This document shows positions 27,101-39,100 of a stretch of DNA of 64,000 bases, in pieces (positions within the stretch are counted from its first letter, which is position 1; each line of letters starts with the position of its first letter). The position numbers and the translations under genes were made by a program. The notes below the pieces were generated by a model. The model saw only the letters and a program-made list of their open reading frames with translations. It was not told the origin of the DNA and searched no databases. The DNA comes from Lytechinus pictus (taxonomy: Eukaryota), in NCBI RefSeq assembly GCF_037042905.1, contig NC_087252.1:24554001-24618000 (forward strand). Direction: 5' to 3'.

Positions 27101-30100
27101 AATTCAGCTCTTCAACTTATATTTGTTTATGTACCTAGCGCTTAGAAACAATGTAATTTAGGCCGTTTATAATTATTATGTTATTATTATTATGTCCGCC
27201 TGTTTCATTGTTTGTCTAGGATATGGATGATATTCTATCTAATCTACGGGAATCTCAGGAAGAAGAGAGAAGGAGAGAGGAAGAGAAACTGAGACTAAGC
27301 CGTGACAATCAAGCTGCTATTAGAGATATGGAGACAGGGGTAAGAGATGTGTCCCGTTTCACAAAGCATTGTTACAGTAACAAATGCACAATTTCTATCA
27401 CAAATTAACCATCAGCCAATCAGATAGAAGGTTTTCAGTAGCTTTTAACTGTTATTGCAAAGTTGTTATTGTTACAAGTTTTGTGAAACTGACCCTTGAT
27501 ACTTTCAGCTGTGCTATTCTTAGCAATTCTAATTTAAACATAAATGCCAGTTCAAGCAAAATGGAATAAAATGACCACACAAATGTCTGTTAAATGTCCA
27601 GTGCCCATGTTCTTGTAAAAATATGTAACAAATGGTTTTTGTAGACAATGAGTAAATGCTGAGAAATTATCAATATAAGACATTCCAACCTGGGGCCCGT
27701 CTTACAAAGAGTTGCAATTGATCTGATCAATTGTAACTATGGAAAGCCAGCAAAGTCAAAATATAAAATGCATGTTAAAAAAATTATAGATATGAATGTA
27801 TATCCATAAATTCATGGATTTCTTGACAATTTGGTGTGTTCTCTGTTTACAAAGGACGTTTTGCAAATTTCCTGTAGAAGAAATTATGATACTGATGGAT
27901 TTCCATAGAGTTATGATTGATTGGATCGATCGTAACTCTTTGTAAGACGGGGCCCAGGTGTCTTTGCTTTCATCATTTTGTTTTGAATACCCAGATGGAT
28001 AGCGTCCTTCAAGAACGTAAACAGGCGTTGAAGGAGGAGCATCAAAAGGAGATGGAGAGGATGAAGAAGGATCAAGAGAAGAAGATACGAGATATGACCA
28101 GGGAGCTCAAAGATGCTGTGAGTTCAAAGGTCAAGGGTGAAACTTTAGACTCGTGTACCCGGGTGTCGCTAATTGGATCTCAAAAGTTGTATAAGACTTG
28201 GACCAAAAAAAGTCAGCGTACTTTCAATTATTTTTTTTATTTTTTTGAATTATTTATTTATTCATTTATTTAATTCTTTTTATTTTAATTTTTTAATATT
28301 TTATTTTATTTATTTATTCATTTATTTATTTTATTTTATTTATTTATTTATTCATTCATTCATTTTATTTATTTATTCATTTTTTTTTTTTTGGGGGGGG
28401 GATTTGGAAATATCGCACGAGGCGTTGGAAGAATCCCCCCCCCCCCATCCTTCAGCATAATTAGTGTAACAATTGAATTGAGGCAATTAATTGATTGAAA
28501 CAGCACAAGATGAGGAAGGAGAAACTGCCAAAAATAGACAAGTTTGCACTGAAATTAGACTGAGGGAAAACATCATGCTTTAAATATTCAATCCTCTTGT
28601 GTTGCTGAAAGTCGGTATTTCCTTTGTAAAAGTTAATCATAGAAAATCAACCCACTGATAAAGTAGCCTGGAAAAAGTTGACATTTCAACTGATGTATCT
28701 GTCTGATTCTAGGAACAAGATGAGAAGAAAACATTGCAGAAAGAGCACGAGACGGAGAAGGAGAAACTGGCAAAAATCCACAAATCCGCGCTGAAAGTGT
28801 TGAAAGAAGAGTTTGAGCAGAAGAAAGAGGTTTTACACAGCAGCCATGAAGATGAGGAAAGGGCCTTGAAGGAGGTAAAGGACTTGATTATTTCTTTGAC
28901 ATTATGTGTTATGCTGAAATTAACAGAGCTCTGCATATACATGTATAATTGGACATTGTTGACTATTATTAAATATATTATGAAACAGGCCTCAGAATCA
29001 ATCTTTCAATGATGAAGTTTTATAATAAAAAAATTGATAAATTGATAAAAAATACCTTGGGATCCCCTAGAAAGGTGTTGCCAGTGTTTTACCTGACCGA
29101 GTCCTGTTTTCATGACAGTTACCATAGTAACAGTCATGTGTCTGTGCCTCTCAGCAGATCTAAATGAAGGAAAGTTGTCAAATCTGACAAACTTGTCAGA
29201 CAACAAATGTTGATGAAACCCTTTCCTGGGAGGCGTTTCAAGGGGAGGAGGGTTTCAACATTTTTGTCCGACAAGTTCTCAGGTCTGACAACTTTCCTTG
29301 ATTATGATGGGCTGAGAAGCACTGTTACCATAGTAACTGTTTGGATAAAACAGTACTTGTCAGATAAAACGTCTAACAGTTATTTCATGAAATGCTCCAA
29401 TGAAAGGACGTTTTATCAGACAAGTCTTGTTTTATCCGTCAGTTACCATAGTAACAGTGCTTCTCAACCAACCAAAATCTAGGATAGTTGTCAACTTGTC
29501 AGATGAAAAACTTGATGAAACACTCTCCTGGGGCCCGTTTCAAAAAGGACTTGCAACTGTTGTAACTTTGCCATTATGGCAACTACCATGGAAACCTTGA
29601 TTCTGATTGGCTGCTGAGTCCTGTTACCATGGTAGTTGCAAGTCCTTTATGAAACGGGCCCCTGAACAATGATAAGATACTGATTAGAAACATTTACTTG
29701 TCCTGCAGGTCAGCGAATCTCTGAGTGAGCGGAAGAAGGTCCTTGAGAGGCAGAACAAGGAACTTGAGAGAGAAGAAGAGAAGATTGCGAGGAGAAGAGC
29801 CAAACTGGAGGAAGAGAAAGAGAGACTGCAGCACGATCAAGAGGTAACATCAGTGACTTACAATGTACCACTTTAATTATACATGTACATTTGTCTTGTG
29901 TATTTTGCTTGCCATATCTTCATATCTCTTTGTCTAGTGTATTATGTCTCTTTGTACTCTCTTCTGAAATGAACCTTTCACAAAGCTCAAGATGAGCATT
30001 TTACTTTTCATGCAGTGGGGTCCAAGTTGGTATCAAAGGCCCGAATTCACAAAGATGGTTTTGAAAACCACCATTTGAACCTATGATTTATGCAGATTTC

Positions 30101-33100
30101 CTATATATATTATGCTTAATATATCGCGCATATTGAAATACATGTATGTCCATTGCTGATGTACGCTTTTTCCAAATTGCGCTAAATTGATGCCTGTTGC
30201 CATGGTTAATTACGCTATTTTATTCACGAGTCCAGTGTCCAAAACAGACTCATTAATAAAATAGCGTACCTAATCATGGTAACAGGCATCAATTTGGTGC
30301 ACAGTGACAAAAGCGTGCATCAGCATCGGACACTTTTCAGTATACGTGGTAAATTAAGTGTAATTTAAAAGGAAAACTTCATAAACAATGGGTTCAACCG
30401 GTGGTTTTTCAAAACCACCTTTGTGAATTTGGGTCAATCTGTTTGTTTACATTTTCTGGATTACAGGAGGTCCTGGAGATGAAGGGAAGGAGTGGAGACA
30501 TCTCTCAGATGGAAGATATGGAGAAGGAGAGACAAGAACTGGTTGCAGCGATCAAGAAGGAGAGAAGGATGCTGCAGGAATTGGAGAAGGAGAAGAAACA
30601 GATGGAGGGGAAAGTCAAGAGTCTGCATGCACAGTCTAGGTTGGTATTATTTTTGAGTGAGAGAGGGAGAAGAGGAGAGAGAGAGGGGGAGGAGGGATGG
30701 GAGGGGGATTGATGGGGAAAAGGCATTGGAATAAAAAAAATTTGAGGAGAAGACACATATGGAGGGGAAAATGAAGAGTCTGTATGCACAGTTTATGTTG
30801 GTATTGTTTTATCAGCGAGAGAGAGAGAAGGTGGAGAGAGAGGGAGGGGATTGGATGCGACAAGAATTGGAGGAGAAGAAACAGATGGAGGGGAAAGTCA
30901 AGAGTCTGCATGCACAGTCTAGGTTGGTATTGTTTATGAGAAGAGAGAGACAGAGGGGGGGAGAGGGGTGGGACAGGGATTGGCTGGGAAGAGGCACTGG
31001 AATCTAAAGAATTGGAGAAGGAGAATAAACAGTTGGAGGGAAATGTGAAGAGTCTGCATGCATAGTCTAGGTTGGTATTGTTTTATCAGGAGAGACAGAA
31101 GGTGAAGAGAGACAGATAGAAACAGAGAGAAGGGGAGGGGATTGGTGGTGGGGAGGGGGTATTGGATGCAACATGAATTGGAGGAGAAGAAACAGTTGGG
31201 GAGGAGAGAGCGAGAGCGCAAAGGGGATGGAGGAGTCCGGATATGATGGGGAAGGGCATTAGATGTGACAAAAGGTGGAGGAGAAGAAACAGATGGAGGG
31301 AAAATTATGCATGCACAGTCTAAGTTGGTATCATTTATCAGGGAGAGACAGATAGAAACAGAGAGAAAGGAAGGAGGGGCAGAGATGAAGTAAAGAGAGA
31401 AACTTTTCTCAAAACCTGAGGAGAAAACAGATACATTTCCAGCTTGGTATCACCTACATGTATTAGGTATGAGAGAGAGAGTGACGGAGGGAAGAGAAGT
31501 GGTCTAGTGGTTACGACTCTCACCTTTTAATCAGAGGGTCGCGGTTTCAAATCCTAGCCATGGCATGTTTTCCTTAAGCAAGTAATTTATCCACACTGTG
31601 CTGCACTTGACCCAGGTGAGGTGAATGGGTACCCGGTAGGATCAATTCCTTGCATGCACTGAGCGTTGGTGATGGTAGCTCGAGCTAAAGCTGGGGTAAT
31701 AATAGCAAGTGCTTTGTATCCTCAGGCAAAAAGCGCTATATAAATCCAGCTACAGTATTATTATTATTATTATTATTAGAAGTGAAAAAGAAAGGAGAAA
31801 GGAGGCACATATGTTACAAGGAGAAACTGATGGCCTTTGCATTATTTGTTTTATGTAATTGTTAGGTAGTATAGATTTGTACTTATAGGTTGTTTTATTT
31901 TTTCCAGACATTTAAATGGAGGACTCGATGAAGGCATGACCAATGGTTACCATGACAACCCCTCCACACCACATAATGCACGTTTCAGAAGGAAAGCTGA
32001 CATTCCCGACACACCCGATGTCGACCTATTAGACCTGAACGAGCTTGACCCTCTCACGCCCTCCCCTACGAAACAGGTCCGACAAATGATACATCCCAGA
32101 GACTTGGCAAAATCACCTACTGGTCGGGATGTTCCATTCTCAACGGGTAAGTATTTCTCTTCTAAATGAGATTATATTCATCTTAATGCTATTATTCTAA
32201 TTATCCCTTACAAATTAAGTCTGTCAAATGGGACGTCCCAGAGACTCAGCAAAATCTCCAACTGGTCGGGATGTTCCATTCTCAATGGATGAATATTGCT
32301 ATTCTAAATTATTTTTTTTTTATTGTATTTAACTGTATTAGTAAACTTCTCATTATTTTAATACCTGAATAATCCATTTTCTACTTTATTTACTAATTAT
32401 TTTGCATTTTTTTAACTGAAAAAAAATTGACCAAGTGGTATTTGACAAATAAATAGAGCCTAACTTTAAATAAGACAAAATGTAAATGGACTAAATGGCA
32501 ATTTGACCAAAAGTGAAGAAGACATACTGGCTTATATCGTGTTGGACAAGACCAAAATGAAAGTAGACAAAGTGGCAATGTGTCCATCCTTTCATATTGT
32601 CTTGCAGAGCTTGATGACGAGGATGACTATGAGATGCCGCGTGGGGGAAGGAGGTATGCCTCTCACAAGGCAAGAGGAAAGCGAGCTGCCTATGACGACG
32701 ATCAGATGTATAATCCTCCTCTCCCATCGAGACATAGAGGGCGCCATGCGTGGCAATACATGGAGTCTGATGCATCGGAGGAGTTTGATGATGCAACTGC
32801 CAGGCGGCAGATGGCTAAGAGGTTAGTTTAGTTGAAAAAACTAGATCTGGGGAGGGTTTCATAATAATAATAGGCATTTATATAGCGCCATCTATCTAGA
32901 AATATTCTATTCTGAGGCGCGTTATTATTATTACTGGCGAAAAGAAGCTGCTGAAAACTGCTTATCTAATAAAAGAGAGCCAATGGAGTAAATTAGAAAG
33001 TCAAGAAGGGGCCTAAGCTTTCGATCCTAGCAGAATCTTCGTCGGAGGCAAAATGACAAACATATAAAGTGGAACAACCATAATATAGACCACAAACAAG

Positions 33101-36100
33101 CTACAGCAACACTAGAAACAAGGAGACAAAAGGGGCATTAGTTAGTAGAGAAGACCAATCAGGTTAGTGAAGGGGATGAAATAAAAGGAGTAGACAGACA
33201 CAAAGGGAAGTTAGTGTAAGTAAGGCCAAGAGGGATTAAGATAATGAGGCAGGCAACATCAAACAGGATCTGGAACAAAACAGTGATAGAGGGATGAATA
33301 ACTAGAGAATTAGTGAGAGGTGGGTCAAACAGGTTACAAAGAAAGGCATAATAAACTGGTGCATAAGAGTGGGGGGAAAAAAGGAAAAGAATGGGGAACA
33401 ACTGATAATGTGCAAAAGACATATAAGTATATATGATAAAGCATTAAACTAAGAGAAGAAGGTAAGTGTAAATATGTATCTAAAAGTGATATGTATATAA
33501 ATATATCCAAAAAATAAATGTATATGAAAAAATGTAAAGACACATATGGTGTAACTGATATTGTAATCCGCTAGGTGTGACGGGAAAAAAACATAGGACT
33601 ATACAGTAGGAAAAAAAAAAAAACCTGTATATGTGAAAAAGAGGAAGCAAATTGCCTAAAAAGGTAAAAGCAAATATAGAAGAGAGGGGGTGTATTATGA
33701 AGAAACCATAGTATACATGTCAATAAGCAAATGTGGTAAATCTAAAAGAGGTGAGTGGAGACAAAAACAAAATATATATATATAATAATTATTATATCGC
33801 CTGAACAAGGAAGGAAAAATTGGAGCTGAGCTTGTATGAGATATGGGAGGAAAGTAGAGGAAGAAACTATAATGTAACTATTCAAAAGAGCTGAGGGGAA
33901 AAATGATATGTATATATAAATTGAAAGTGGATAGGAAAGAATAATCAGTCGTTCCCCTCTTGGATGTTCAGGCCATGAGGTTGGGTGGTGCGAAGTCGTC
34001 TTATCCAGAGCTTCTCTCTGCTAGTACGGACTGAGTCAGGACGGGAACCTAAAGATTCGATGCCCTGTAGCATCATGTCAGTGATGGAGTGGTTGGGGAG
34101 GTTAAAATGGCGGCCAACTGGAGTGTCCAGCTTGCTGTGTTGACGGTGGATATTATTATTACCCCGGCTTTAGCTCGAGCTACCATCACCGGCACTCAGT
34201 GCATTCAAGGAAATAATCCTGCCAGGTACCCATTCACCTCACCTGGGTCGAGTGCAGCACATTGTAGATAAATTTCTTGCTGAAGGAAATACGCCATGGC
34301 TAGGATTCGAACCCACGACCCTCTGTTTGAAACAATTGTGTTTTCTGTTATTTTTAGGGTAAATTCTTAATCCAAGGTTAAATTTTGCAATTCAATGGAT
34401 GTGTGGAATTTACAGGGGAGCATGGAACCGTAGTAAATACATGTGTATGGGTATGATTAGTGCCTAGTACATACATATGAAATATTTAAATTTGCTTCCA
34501 GTGACCTTCGTCTGCGTCTTGCGGAGGAGAATGGAGCCATCAGTCGAGCCAAAGACTTCTTGAAGCGCCAAAAGAGACAGCTTCATCAGCAGAAATCAGC
34601 TTTGGAGGATGCGAAGACGGAATGGAGAAGAGACCTCAGACAAGGCTATGAAGAGAACGGAGACACCATAAAAGGAACACCGCTGGTATACGAAGATGTG
34701 CGACTTGGATTGGAGAGGGTAAGAATGAAGGAATGAATAAATGGAAAGATTGAGAGATAGTTGGATCGAAGGGAGGAATGAGAGAATGTATATATAGGAA
34801 AGACCTTAGGCAAGGCTATGAAGAGAACGGAGACACGGTAAGGGAACACCGCTGGTCTATAAATATGTGCGACTTGGCGTGGAAAGGGTAAGAATGAAGG
34901 AATGAAGAGATGGCTAGCTTGAGAGATAGTTTGAAGAGTGTAATTAGATAATGGAAGAGAGATAATAGGGCGAAACTATGAAAAGAACTGGGACATAGTG
35001 AAATGAACGCTGCTGATATATGAAGATGTTCGACTTTGAGAGGGTAAGAATGAAGATGGAATGAACAGGTGGAAAGATTGAAGGGAGTAATTAAAAAATT
35101 GAAGACAGACATAAGGCAATACTATAAAGAGAACAGAGACATACCAAAAGGAATGCCACTGATCTATGAAGATGTACGAGTTGGACTGGAGAGGGTAAGA
35201 AGAGAAGGAAAGATCAAGAGATAGTTTGTAGCGAGTACTTGGAGAGGGTAAGAATGAAGGAATGAAGAGATGGCTAGCTTGAGAGATAGTTTGAAGAGAG
35301 TTATTAGAGAATGGAAGAGAGATATAGGACGAAACTATGAAGAGAACGGAGACATATCGAAAGGAACGCTGCTGATCTATGAAGATGTGCGACTTAGATT
35401 GGAGAGGGTAAGAATTGAAGAAATTAAGAGATGGAAAAAATTGAGGGATAGTATTAAAGTTTGAAGGGAGTAATAAAAGAATTAAGAGATATAAGGCGAT
35501 CCTATGAAGAGAACGGAGACACATCGAAAGGAACGCTGCTGATCTATGAAGATGTGCGACTTGGATTGCAGAGGGTAAGAATTGAAGAAATTAAGAGATG
35601 GCTAGATCGAGAGATAGTTTGAAGAGAGTTATTAGAGAATGGAAGACAGATGTAGGGCAATACTATTATAAGAGAACGGAGATACAGCGAAAGAAACACT
35701 GTTGATCTATGAAGTTGTACGACTTGTATGGGAGAGGTTAATAATGAAGGAATGAATAGATTGATTGATTCAAGGATGGATAGGTGAATGAAAAAAGACA
35801 AGAATTACTTTAAATCTATGAAGATTTTGTATGTTTTCGAAAAGCTTTATGAAGCTGGCCCCCTGTCTATAACCCAGTTTGTTATGGACAGCTTTATGAG
35901 ATCACTCCCATATTTTCTTATTGTGTGTATGATAACTTTTACCCACAGGAGGCACTGGAGTTGGACAAAGCCTTGGTGAACTATACCACCGGGAGCCGTC
36001 TGGTGAGAGAGAAGGAGTCTAAACTCAAGAAACTAGAAGAGTCTCTCAATGACAAAGTGAGTATACCATTTCACTAAGAAAAGTTAGTGTGCATACAGGG

Positions 36101-39100
36101 GAGGGGTTTGGTTGGTTGGGTTGGGTTGGGTTGGGTCGGGTCGGGATGGTTGGCTGGTTGGTTGGCATTGAAATGCAAATCAGAACACCATGTTCATTTT
36201 GAGTGATACCTTAGGGAACAATACTAGGACCAGTATTGATTGATTCACATTTGGCAGTTGAAATATTGATTGCTGTTTTATTGATGATTATCAATTGATA
36301 CACATTGCTCAGTTAGTATGATCATTATGGTCATCATACAGAGGTAGAGATGTTGGCCAACATTCGGAGGCAAACCAAGACACCATCAGAGGTGCCAACC
36401 ATTACGTTTTTGCCGTAATCATTACGTTTTTTCATTCAAATTACGGCATTATGGTTTTTCTTTTCAAATTACGTTTTTTGACAATTTTGATAATGTGTGT
36501 ACATAATTGTATGTATGTGGAGTGCGTGTTGAGCCCACTGAACTAGAAATACGTATTTCTAGTTCAGTGGTTGAGCCCGAGATGAGCCTGGTATTTGCGC
36601 GTGCGTAGTCGCCCGCCAGCCGGTTTTCCAACGCACTTTAATAATTTGATAGCGTGCACGTACATATACGTTAGTTGAATATGCGAGCGGCATGCATGGT
36701 ACGAATCGCGATGTATAGCGACTGGTAAATACGTCTGTAAGGATGATGACGTCATCCAAGATGGCAACTTACGATGACAAACGAAAGGATCGAGGATGAT
36801 TATGTTTTGATCATCATTTGAAAGGAAATAACAGTAACTGCGGTCTAAGGTACGATATTTCTGAATTTTATATATTTTATCTTAAATTTGCATGTAATTT
36901 CTTTCCTATAAAGTGATGTTTTATTTCCAAAAAAACGATCCGAAAATCAGATTTCAGAATTTAGATCTAACGTTACTGCTAATACGTTGTCCTTACGCAC
37001 GGGCCAACACTCTTCAGGTGATCGAGCCAACGTTTGTTCTTGCAGCGCAGAGCGAGGAGTACGATGAATTGGGTAGGGTAATTCCCAAATGTAGTAAGAG
37101 AAGAGTCCATTTGTAATGGAGGGGGATTTGGAGGTTTGAGGGAAATTATTATTCCATTTGCAAAATTTTACAAAAATACTCATCATATATATTAAAGATT
37201 GAATCATCAAAAGATATTTTTCATATACTTTAAAATTAATTGTTGTGATAAAGAAATGAAATTTTGAGGCTATTTTCTTGAATTGATTAATCAATTCCCA
37301 AGCTTCGGATAACGGTACTGTCTGGTTAATTTTCATCAACTCGTAATCGTATCAAACAAATACGATGAATTCGGCTTTGAAAAGACCTGGAAAGCTCTTC
37401 ATTGTCCCTTGAAGTAATAATTCTGGGTGATATTCAACATTTATTGATAGTTTCACATGATTTATACTAGAGAGATGTCCTACTGCCTTTGGAATTCATT
37501 AAAAAAGTCGGCACTTTAGCATTCAGTTTAGCAGGAATGGGAAGATTTCTTCCCCGGTTCTGGCGGCCTAGATGTCTGCTCTATAGTGCCGTCACTGCTG
37601 GGGATGATTGAGTGTGCGTGCAGTGTGATTGAGGCTGAGCTGTGCACATCGTGAAGTGATTTACGATGGGACTTTTGTGGAATGATTTCAACTTCTTATC
37701 TATAGATCTATTTGAATTTTAGATTAGATTGATTTATGAATAATTTTTCTATATTTGTGGAATGTTACATGTACACTTCCATTTTATGACACTTTAATTT
37801 TAAAGGGTACTGTTTGGCAAAAACAATGTTACTTGGGAAGAGAAGTCTGAATTGATGTCAACTTTTTTTTAATATTTCTCTTAGTCTACAATTTGGTAGT
37901 TTTGTCAGGAAACTCAACATAAAACAATTAATTATTTTAGAAGTGGAAAGGAAGCTCCAGAAAAATGGGGCCCTAAAAATGTTCACCAGAACTGATTTTG
38001 GTGCCCCTGAAAGAATTTTTTCTCGACAGATCTTCACTTTGATAAGTGCCGGAGTCAGGTTGCACTACAAAATGAAAGGCCTACTTGTCATTTTTAGAAA
38101 AATTTGCCTAGGTGCCCATTTGACTAGAATAAAAGTGGCCTTCATGTCCTTTAGAATGGCCTTGATACCCTTTGAAATTTTGGGGCATCCAAGGCCACTT
38201 TGCCGGTTGCCCCAAGCTGAAAGTGCCCATTTGAAAATGGCCTTGCCCCTCTCAATTCTTAATTCAAGCCCTGCTACTGACTTAATTAAAATAAGGGTCC
38301 AATTTGTAACGCTCCGTTACTTAGCCCAGACTAGGCCTAGAGATTAACTTTTTTTAAATTGTTCACTGCATACATACTTTTTGCATTGGATGTTTGTCGC
38401 ATGTCGTTTTAAGGTTCGTTTTAGCACATTCCTTTTTTTTGTTGGAAATTCCTTTTTTTGGCCATAATGATTCCTTTTTTTGCTTGCACAAGGTTGGCAG
38501 CTCTGCACCATGTTTATTCTGAGTGATTCCACAGGGAGCAATACTAGGACCATTATGATTTATTCAAAGATTGAACAATTGCATGAAAGGAAGCTTTGAT
38601 CGACCAACCGGTTGATTGATTGATTGATTGACAAAATTTTGTGTTTATTATGGTCATTAGGATATATACAGAGGGAGAGACATTGGCCAGCATTCAGAGG
38701 CAAATCAGGACACCATGTTTATTTTGAGTGATTCCTCAGGGAGCAGTCCTAGGACCAACAGTAGCACCAGTGGGGATGAGTCTTATAAACAAGGTATTTT
38801 TAATCTTTATTTTGACTTCAATTTATTCATTTATGATTAATAATACCACGTTCCCCCTTTCGTAGCTGATCACGAAAAGTTTTGAACCGTCAAAAAAAAA
38901 TTCTACAATCAAAATGATTGCCACAACTGAACTGAAGATCTGATAAGATCTGACACGATCACTACGATTACTCCACGATTTTCATTTAGATCACTGCTTC
39001 AATGATGCGACTTATGATAGTGGGAACTAGATATTAGCAATCATGAAATGCTATTATTTTTGTTTGACTTGTTATTCATATTCAGTTTACATTTGCAATA

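Noticed and set aside
31495..31570. tRNA-like sequences (also about 120-180, 39572-39640, 54370-54440)
   Set aside because: They continue into a shared SINE body and (TTA)n tail and lack a full cloverleaf, so they are SINE heads, not tRNA genes.
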